Shown here piece by piece: positions 56,241-64,000 of a DNA stretch of 64,000 nucleotides. The DNA is from Nitrospinales bacterium. GTDB lineage: Bacteria > Nitrospinota > Nitrospinia > Nitrospinales > VA-1. The stretch lies in contig CBDCWG010000012.1 of the NCBI GenBank assembly GCA_965223345.1, positions 864,001 to 928,000 on the forward strand, given 5' to 3'. Positions within the stretch are counted from its first letter, which is position 1; each line of letters opens with the position of its first letter. The translations under genes and the position numbers were made by a program. The notes under the pieces are model-generated. The model was not told the DNA's origin. It searched no databases and saw nothing but the letters and a program-made list of their open reading frames with translations.

Positions 56241-57476
56241 ATGAATCCTTCCCTACAGAGAATCCGGTTCCGGGCTTTGATCGCAGATGCGGACAGGGTG
56301 GTGGAACGCGGAGAACTGGTGATCGAAAGCGGGGTCATCCGTCAGGTTTGCGATGCGGTTTCCGGGGCGAGCGGTGCGGAGGTGCTCGACCTCTCCGATC
56401 ATCTGCTGCTTCCCGGTTTTGTGAACGCGCACTGCCACCTCTCGCTTTCGGTGCTGCACGAAACACTTCCGCGCAAGGAACGGTTCACCGACTGGGTGCG
56501 GGCTCTTTTAAAAGCCAATGCGGAGATTTCCCAGGAGCAGCGGCTGCGTGCCCTGCGTGCCGGTGCGCAGGAATTGCTGGCGTCGGGTGTGACGGCGCTG
56601 GGCGATTACGTCTCTCCCTCCGACCCGTTGACCGAACGGGAGGCGTTGCCTTTCCGGCAGGTGGCGTTTCTCGAGACACTGGGATTCAGGGACAGCCAGG
56701 CCGAAGAGATTTTAGACCGGGTGCGCTCTGTGCTGGATTCTCACGCTTCCAACGCGGGGCTGCTGCGGCTGGGGCTCGCGCCGCACGCGCCGTATTCGGT
56801 GTCGCCGCGCCTGTTTCAGGAACTCAAACGCCTCGCTGTCCAATACGGCGCGCCGTTTTCCTGTCACGTGGCCGAGTTCGACGAGGAGGTGCGTTTCCTC
56901 GAACAGGGAGGCGGCGAGCTGGAGGATTTTTTGCGCGAGCGGGACGTGTTCGATGAAAACTGGAAGCCGCCGGGAAAAAAATCGCTCGCCTATCTGGATG
57001 ACCTCGGCGTGCTGGAGTCGATGGCGGCGGTGCATGTGAACGCCGCGCACGAAGACCTCGCTCTGTTGGCGGCGCGCGGTGCGTGTGCGGTGTTTTGTCC
57101 GGGAAGCACCCGCTGGTTCGGCCGCACGCGGTACATGCCGGTGCGCGAGCTGATCGATCGCGGGGTCTCTGTGGCGCTCGGCACCGATTCGCTGGCTAGC
57201 AACGATGCGCTGAACTTTTTGCGCGAGCTGAAAATCGCCGACGACATGCTGCCGCAGGTTTCGCGCCGGGAGATCCTCAGGATGGCCACAGAACACGGCG
57301 CGCAGGCCTTGGGGCTCAAAGCCGGAACCCTTGCGCCGGGATACGCTGCGGACCTCGTCGCATTCCGCATCGAAGAGCCACCGGCATCGTGGGTGGATGT
57401 GCCGTTCGAGACCGGTCGGCAGCGGGCGGATTTTGTGATGGTGGATGGAAAGGCCGTTTTTTCAAGCTCCTCCTGA
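56241..57476 (+). CDS. Amidohydrolase, nucleoside deaminase-like (MtaD/aminodeoxyfutalosine deaminase group)
   Basis: PGFVNAHCH, PHAPYSV, HVAE, ALGTDSLASN. Confidence 0.85.
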   Translation: MNPSLQRIRFRALIADADRVVERGELVIESGVIRQVCDAVSGASGAEVLDLSDHLLLPGFVNAHCHLSLSVLHETLPRKERFTDWVRALLKANAEISQEQRLRALRAGAQELLASGVTALGDYVSPSDPLTEREALPFRQVAFLETLGFRDSQAEEILDRVRSVLDSHASNAGLLRLGLAPHAPYSVSPRLFQELKRLAVQYGAPFSCHVAEFDEEVRFLEQGGGELEDFLRERDVFDENWKPPGKKSLAYLDDLGVLESMAAVHVNAAHEDLALLAARGACAVFCPGSTRWFGRTRYMPVRELIDRGVSVALGTDSLASNDALNFLRELKIADDMLPQVSRREILRMATEHGAQALGLKAGTLAPGYAADLVAFRIEEPPASWVDVPFETGRQRADFVMVDGKAVFSSSS

Positions 57477-57548
57477 TCCCTCCTTTCGCGTTGATTTGCG
57501 GTTATAATAAAGAGAACCGAACATTTCAATCTCTCGTGAGGAAACGGC

Positions 57549-58709
57549 GTGAAAGCTCTGGCACTGAACATCGAACGCGACCAATGGGAAACCACCACCG
57601 GGATGGACATCCTCGACGTTCCGGAACCGGCGCTGAACGAATCGGCGCATCCGGAGGATGCGGGGCAGGTCCTCATCAAGCCGCGCTACACCGGATTTTG
57701 CGGTTCGGACAAGGGGATCTGGTTTCGGCACGCGTTCAAGGAGATGATCTTCGATTCGATCGAGCGCGAGCACGCGTCCTATCGCATCTGCGGCCATGAA
57801 CTGCTGGGGGAAGTGGTGGACGCGGGGTCGTATTCGGCGAAGGCGTACGGCTTCAAGCCGGGTGACATCGTCTCGACCGAATCGCATATTTTCTGCGGCC
57901 GCTGTCATCAGTGCAAGATCGGCGAAGAGCACGTCTGTTCCGATCACCTCATCATCGGCATCTCCACCAACGGCTGTTTTGCGGATCTGGTCAAGCTGCC
58001 GGTCAAGGAACTGTGGCGCACCGACACCGATAAAATCCGTCCCGAGGTGGCGGCGATCCAGGAACCTCTGGGCAACGCGGTGCATGCGCTGAGCAAAGTG
58101 GACGTGCGCGGAAAATCCATCGCCATTTTCGGCTGCGGAACGATCGGCTTGTTTTCGATTCTGGTGGCGCGGGCGATGGGCGCGACGAACATCGTCGGCG
58201 TCGATCCGAACCCGGCGAACCTCAAGATGGCGGAACGGCTGGGCGTGGATCGTACGGTGAGCGTGGACCGGGAACAATCGGCGCAAAGTGGGCCGGCCGC
58301 GGATGAAGAGATCATCGCAGCGATCCACAGGCACTGTTCGGGGCGCGGCGTGGATGTGGCCTACGAGATGTCCGGCAGCAACCAGGCGCTCAACACCGCC
58401 ATTCAATCGGTGCGGCCGGGAGGCGACGTCATCCTGTTCGGCCTGTGCGGCGGCGACTTCACGCTGCAAAATTTTCAGGAGGTCATCCTGCACGGCAAAA
58501 CCCTGCACGGCATCGTCGGCCGTCGCGTGTTTCAAACCTGGTACATCATGCGCAACCTGCTGGAGTCCAAGCACCACGATCTGCAGGACAAGATCTATGA
58601 AGTCATCCTGAACAAGGGCGAGGGAACCATCGTCCCGTTTGCGGGTTTCGACAAGGACCGGTTCGATCGTCTGATCCGGCAGCATCCGAAAATCGTGATG
58701 AAACATTGA
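57549..58709 (+). CDS. tdh: L-threonine 3-dehydrogenase (Zn-dependent MDR family)
   Basis: CGSD, GHE, STESHIFCGRCHQC...HVC, EPLGNAVH, GRRVFQTW; adjacent to kbl. Confidence 0.85.
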   Translation: MKALALNIERDQWETTTGMDILDVPEPALNESAHPEDAGQVLIKPRYTGFCGSDKGIWFRHAFKEMIFDSIEREHASYRICGHELLGEVVDAGSYSAKAYGFKPGDIVSTESHIFCGRCHQCKIGEEHVCSDHLIIGISTNGCFADLVKLPVKELWRTDTDKIRPEVAAIQEPLGNAVHALSKVDVRGKSIAIFGCGTIGLFSILVARAMGATNIVGVDPNPANLKMAERLGVDRTVSVDREQSAQSGPAADEEIIAAIHRHCSGRGVDVAYEMSGSNQALNTAIQSVRPGGDVILFGLCGGDFTLQNFQEVILHGKTLHGIVGRRVFQTWYIMRNLLESKHHDLQDKIYEVILNKGEGTIVPFAGFDKDRFDRLIRQHPKIVMKH

Positions 58710-58821
58710 TAAAGATTTCCTGTTGTTCGATTATTTTATTCCGGGCAACTCACGGACCTTTTGAATAAAGGTCCGTTCACGGCCCAAAGCGATTCATAGA
58801 GACGCCCTGAAAGGAATTCCC

Positions 58822-60015
<1,194 letters not shown>

Positions 60016-60489
60016 AGCCGCCGGTTTGTTTCCGTTCGGCAGCGTTATTTTCGCTATACAGATAGCGGGTGCGGCCTTCGGGTTCCGGCAGGCGATACTG
60101 CTGGGGCCACGTGTGCCTGCTCCCGAAGCCTGCGGCCAACGGGTTTGACGCCGGATCTTCCGGGGGCCGCGATGCCGCCGGTGCAGCCTGGGGACGGGCC
60201 GCAAAGGGGTTGAGAAATGAGGAAAAAGCGCCCTTGCGGGACAACCGGGTGAGCCGCACAATCTTTTTTTTGAAATTAAGTCTTTGATATTTTTGCTTGA
60301 AACTTTGCCGGTCTTTTTCGTGTGGAATTTTTTCGGCGGACCGTGATAAAATTTTTTTAAATTTTATCCTGGGCGAAATATTTTCCTATAAAAAGGCCAC
60401 CGGTCGTGATAGACTTCGCCACATTGTTATCCCCCAGCGGTAAAAAAACCCATCTGATTTCAAAACATCTCAAAAATACGCTTTTTTTA

Positions 60490-60519
60490 TTGACAAAAAT
60501 GAAATGAAGTCAGTAAGAT
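60490..60519 (+). promoter_or_regulatory. sigma-70 promoter for tRNA operon
   Basis: TTGACA-18 nt-TAAGAT with AT-rich upstream tract, 21 nt before tRNA-Thr. Confidence 0.7.
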
Positions 60520-60540
60520 GACCGTTTTCCGTTTTGCTGA

Positions 60541-60616
60541 GCTGGCGTAGCTCAGTTGGTAGAGCAGCTGATTTGTAATCAGCAGGTCGGGGGTTCGAGT
60601 CCCTTTGCCAGCTCCA
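60541..60616 (+). tRNA. tRNA-Thr(TGT)
   Basis: Cloverleaf, anticodon loop TT-TGT-AA, encoded CCA. Confidence 0.97.
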
Positions 60617-60742
60617 TAAATTTTTTTTATTTTTTGCTGGAGACTGAACGTTTAGAGCCCTGACGGCCCGTAAAATCAAGGGCTCCGGAGGATTCTGCCC
60701 GACCTGGTCCGTATCTTGGGGGCGAAGGATTCCATTCAGACC

Positions 60743-60824
60743 GGGGAGGTTCCCGAGTGGCCAAAGGGAACAGACTGTAAATCTGTCGGCTCAGCCTTCG
60801 GAGGTTCGAATCCTCCCCTCCCCA
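60743..60824 (+). tRNA. tRNA-Tyr(GTA)
   Basis: GGGGAGG/CCTCCCC acceptor stem, CT-GTA-AA loop, long variable arm; CCA not encoded. Confidence 0.96.
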
Positions 60825-60847
60825 TCCTTTTATAAGTGGAGGAGACT

Positions 60848-60924
60848 GCGGGAATAGCTCAGTTGGCTAGAGCGTCAGCCTTCCAAGCTGAGGGTCACGG
60901 GTTCGAGTCCCGTTTCCCGCTCCA
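60848..60924 (+). tRNA. tRNA-Gly(TCC)
   Basis: Cloverleaf, CT-TCC-AA loop, encoded CCA. Confidence 0.97.
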
Positions 60925-60962
60925 CCTTTCGGTTTGTGAGGTAAATTACTTTAAAGGAAATT

Positions 60963-61034
60963 GCCCACGTAGCTCAGGGGTGGAGCACTTCCTTGGTAAG
61001 GAAGAGGTCATCGGTTCAATTCCGATCGTGGGCT
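60963..61034 (+). tRNA. tRNA-Thr(GGT)
   Basis: GCCCACG/CGTGGGC acceptor stem, TT-GGT-AA loop; CCA not encoded. Confidence 0.95.
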
Positions 61035-61129
61035 TTGATTATCGGGTTTCGGTATCCCCGTCGCGGGGGCAGGCGTGGGTGCGGCGATTTTTCGGGCATT
61101 CCCTAAACGTACTGAAGTGAATACAGATC

Positions 61130-61279
61130 ATGAGAGACATTATCCATCTTGCGTGCGGTGAATGTAAAAGGAAAAACTATTCCACCACCAAGAACAAGAA
61201 GAAGACGACGAATCGCTTGGAATTCAAAAAGTACTGCCGTTTCTGCAGAGCACACACCCCCCATAAGGAAACCAAGTAA
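61130..61279 (+). CDS. rpmG: 50S ribosomal protein L33 (Zn-binding C+ form); below the ORF-track length cutoff
   Basis: Manual translation [49 protein letters not shown]. Confidence 0.97.
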   Translation: MRDIIHLACGECKRKNYSTTKNKKKTTNRLEFKKYCRFCRAHTPHKETK

Positions 61280-61380
61280 GTAACAAGCGTTTGTTCATAA
61301 AATTTTCGGAGTGCCGGGAGGCATGATGGAGTGCCGTTTGGATGCTCTGTCTTTGTCGGGTACCAGTATGCAGTTCGCAT

Positions 61381-61454
61381 AGGCCAGTAGCTCGAACGGC
61401 TAGAGCACCGGACTCCAAATCTGGGGGTTGGGGGTTCGAATCCCTCCTGGCCTG
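61381..61454 (+). tRNA. tRNA-Trp(CCA)
   Basis: AGGCCAG/CTGGCCT acceptor stem, CT-CCA-AA loop; canonical position before secE. Confidence 0.95.
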
Positions 61455-61479
61455 TAGTTTATAAAGGGTTTGATTGCCG

Positions 61480-61665
61480 ATGTTATCCAAGGCGCTCTCG
61501 TTTTTGTCCGAAGTCAAAGTGGAGGTGAAGAAGGTCACCTGGCCCTCGAAGCGGGAAGCCATGGCCGGGACCGGTGTGGTCCTTCTGGTGGTTTTTCTGG
61601 TGTCGGTTTTTCTGGGTCTCGTGGACGCCCTGCTGTCGAAACTGGTCCAGGCTCTCATCAATTAA
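61480..61665 (+). CDS. secE: Preprotein translocase subunit SecE
   Basis: EVKKVTWPS plus single TM. Confidence 0.95.
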   Translation: MLSKALSFLSEVKVEVKKVTWPSKREAMAGTGVVLLVVFLVSVFLGLVDALLSKLVQALIN

Positions 61666-61685
61666 CTCTCATTCGGAACTGAATA

Positions 61686-62216
61686 GTGTCTAAAGAGTGG
61701 TATGTCCTCCATACGTATTCCGGATACGAGCGCAAGGTGAAGATGAGTTTGGAGGAGCAATTCGATCATTCGGATCAAAAGGACAAGCTGGGCGAAATCG
61801 TCATCCCCACCGAAGAAGTCGTGGAGGTGCGAAAAGGCAAAAAAAAGATTTCCTCGAGAAAGTTTTTTCCGGGGTACATCCTCATCAACGTGGAGATGAC
61901 CCAGGACATCTGGTACCGGATCAAGAACACGCCGAAGGTGACGGGATTTCTGGGCGGCGGTCAGACCCCGGTTCCGCTTTCCGAGAGCGAAGTCAAGTTG
62001 ATCATGGATCAGATCAAGGGCGAATCCGTGCGTCCCAAGCCGAAGTTTTCCTTCGAGCGGGGGGAGAATGTGCGCGTGATCGAAGGCCCTTTTGTGAATT
62101 TCAATGGAGTGGTGGAGGACGTCAATCATGACAAGGGCAAGGTCCGGGTCATGGTTTCCATTTTCGGGCGGGCGACGCCTGTGGAGCTGGAATTTCCTCA
62201 AATAGAAAAAGTCTGA
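61686..62216 (+). CDS. nusG: Transcription termination/antitermination factor NusG
   Basis: [29 protein letters not shown]. Confidence 0.98.
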   Translation: MSKEWYVLHTYSGYERKVKMSLEEQFDHSDQKDKLGEIVIPTEEVVEVRKGKKKISSRKFFPGYILINVEMTQDIWYRIKNTPKVTGFLGGGQTPVPLSESEVKLIMDQIKGESVRPKPKFSFERGENVRVIEGPFVNFNGVVEDVNHDKGKVRVMVSIFGRATPVELEFPQIEKV

Positions 62217-62250
62217 GCGCGTCTGCGTTCTTTGGAAAGGGCAATGGCTG

Positions 62251-62679
62251 GTGGCGACTAAAGAAGTGATGGGGCAGATCAAGCTGCAGATTCCCGCAGG
62301 GCAGGCGACGCCTTCCCCGCCGGTGGGGCCCGCTCTGGGTCAGCACGGGGTCAATATCATGGAATTCTGCAAGGCGTTCAACTCCAAGACCCAGGGGCAG
62401 GAAGGGATGATCATTCCGGTGATCATCGATGTGTTCAAGGACCGGAGTTTTGCGTTCATCACCAAATCGCCGCCCGCTTCGGTGCTGCTCAAGCAGGCCG
62501 CCGGGATCGCGAAGGGATCTTCCAACCCGAGCAAGGAATTCGTCGGCAAAGTGACCCTCGCGCAGGTCGAGGAGATCGCCAAGACCAAGATGCAGGATTT
62601 GAACGCGCAGAGCCTGGAGGCCGCCGTCCAGATCATCAAGGGATCGGCCAAGAGCATGGGGCTTGAGGTGGAAGGTTAA
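62251..62679 (+). CDS. rplK: 50S ribosomal protein L11
   Basis: [23 protein letters not shown]. Confidence 0.98.
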   Translation: MATKEVMGQIKLQIPAGQATPSPPVGPALGQHGVNIMEFCKAFNSKTQGQEGMIIPVIIDVFKDRSFAFITKSPPASVLLKQAAGIAKGSSNPSKEFVGKVTLAQVEEIAKTKMQDLNAQSLEAAVQIIKGSAKSMGLEVEG

Positions 62680-62702
62680 CGGATTGATCGGGGAACAGGC
62701 GC

Positions 62703-63389
62703 ATGGCAAAACATGGTAAGAAATACCGCTCCGCCGCTGAAAAGGTGGGCCGGGCGGTCAAGTATGATCTGAAAGAGGCGCTCAAGCTGGCGAAAGAGGG
62801 CAGCTTTGCCAAATTCGACGAATCGGTGGATGTGGCGGTGAATCTCGGCGTCGATCCGAGAAAGGCCGACCAGAACATCCGCGGCAGCGTTGTGCTGCCC
62901 AAGGGGACCGGAAAAAAATTCCGCGTGCTGGTGTTTGCGAAGGGTGAAAAAGAGCGGGAAGCCCGGGAAGCCGGCGCCGAACATGTGGGCGGTGAAGACA
63001 TGGTGGCCAAGATTCAGGGCGGCTGGATGGAATTCGACCGCGTGGTGGCCACGCCCGACATGATGGGGCAGGTGGGCAAGCTCGGTAAGATCCTCGGTCC
63101 GCGGGGGATGATGCCCAATCCCAAGACCGGGACGGTGACCTTCGACATCAAGCAGGCCATCGAGCAGATTCAGGCCGGCAAGGTGGACTTTCGCGTGGAC
63201 AAGGCCGGCATCGTGCATGCGCCTTTGGGCAAAGCCGCTTTTCCCGTCGAGGATCTGGCGGAAAACTACGAAGCGGTGATCGGCACGCTCGTGAAAATGA
63301 AGCCCGCTTCCAGCAAGGGGCAGTATGTGAAGTCCATATCCCTGTCCACCACCATGGGGGTGGGGATCCGGGTGGCGTACACCGCGTGA
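62703..63389 (+). CDS. rplA: 50S ribosomal protein L1
   Basis: [28 protein letters not shown]. Confidence 0.98.
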   Translation: MAKHGKKYRSAAEKVGRAVKYDLKEALKLAKEGSFAKFDESVDVAVNLGVDPRKADQNIRGSVVLPKGTGKKFRVLVFAKGEKEREAREAGAEHVGGEDMVAKIQGGWMEFDRVVATPDMMGQVGKLGKILGPRGMMPNPKTGTVTFDIKQAIEQIQAGKVDFRVDKAGIVHAPLGKAAFPVEDLAENYEAVIGTLVKMKPASSKGQYVKSISLSTTMGVGIRVAYTA

Positions 63390-63449
63390 AGCGTGCTCGC
63401 GGATTGAAAAAAGAAAAATGGAAACTCATTCAGAGATGAAAGAAAGGGA

Positions 63450-63983
63450 TTGACCGTGCCCACCCCAGCTAAAGAAGAAGCGGTGAAAGAGTTGAACGAG
63501 CTGTTTCAAAACGCCCGATCTGCTGTTCTGGCCGATTACCAGGGCATCGATGCGCCCAGTATCACGGCGTTTCGGGCGCATGTGCACAGCCGGTCGGTGG
63601 AGTTTCGGGTTGTCAAGAACACGCTGGCCAAAAAGGCGGCGAAGAACACGCCTTTCGAGCTTCTGGATGAAAGTTTCAAGGGTCCCGTTTCACTGGTCGT
63701 GAGTTGTGAGGATCTGATCGCGCCTGCGAAGGCGCTTGCGGATTACGCCAAGGCGGGGCAGGGCAAACCGCCCAAAGTGCTTTGCGGTTTGGTGGAAGGA
63801 AAAGTGATCACTCCCGATGAGGTCAAGGCTCTGGCCGATTTGCCCTCCAAGGAAGAGTTGATGTCCAGCATGCTGTCCGTGTTTCAAGGGCCTTCGAGAA
63901 ATTTTGTCGGCGTGTTCGCGAGTCTGCTCAGAAAGTTGGTGGGCACACTGGACGCGGTGCGCGAGAAAAAAGCTCAGGGTTGA
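63450..63983 (+). CDS. rplJ: 50S ribosomal protein L10
   Basis: DYQG, VVKNTL, ALADLPSKEEL. Confidence 0.95.
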   Translation: MTVPTPAKEEAVKELNELFQNARSAVLADYQGIDAPSITAFRAHVHSRSVEFRVVKNTLAKKAAKNTPFELLDESFKGPVSLVVSCEDLIAPAKALADYAKAGQGKPPKVLCGLVEGKVITPDEVKALADLPSKEELMSSMLSVFQGPSRNFVGVFASLLRKLVGTLDAVREKKAQG

Positions 63984-64000
63984 TCGCGTTTTGCGCGGGC

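Noticed and set aside
60070..60260. GC-rich hairpins after kbl considered as SRP, 6S or riboswitch RNA
   Set aside because: No diagnostic conserved motifs found; hairpins plausible by chance at this GC content

Overview
A 64-kb, GC-rich bacterial chromosome segment from a diderm, LPS-producing organism. Gene style suggests a Nitrospinota/deltaproteobacteria-like lineage, but this is inference only. The left part holds a type IVa pilus locus: XRE regulator-pilMNOPQ-aroB, then fimT-pilV-pilX-pilW with unusually large (>600 aa) PilX and PilW and no pilY1. About 8 kb further on is the major pilin pilA, followed by a DUF2723/TPR GT-C-type membrane glycosyltransferase (frameshifted in a T9 run) and a GT2 polyprenyl-phosphate sugar synthase. 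All three pilus units carry sigma-54 -24/-12 boxes. The middle is housekeeping and accessory genes: ALDH, MBL hydrolase, a degenerate ADP-ribosylglycohydrolase, a LapA-LapB fusion, dksA, rsfS, nadD, nadB, ftsK, MTAP, CDF, a tandem DUF3365 c-type cytochrome, methyltransferases, a Na+/H+ antiporter, MscS, RR-Hpt, rpsT, holA-lptE-leuS, putP, two tandem waaA, lpxK and tdh-kbl. The right end is the tRNA Thr-Tyr-Gly-Thr / rpmG / tRNA-Trp / secE-nusG-rplK-rplA-rplJ cluster, with no tuf at its usual place. I found no CRISPR array, IS element, prophage or rRNA. The best candidate for an undescribed system is a possibly phase-variable, TMEM260-like pilin O-glycosylation module serving a pilus whose tip adhesin functions appear built into giant minor pilins.
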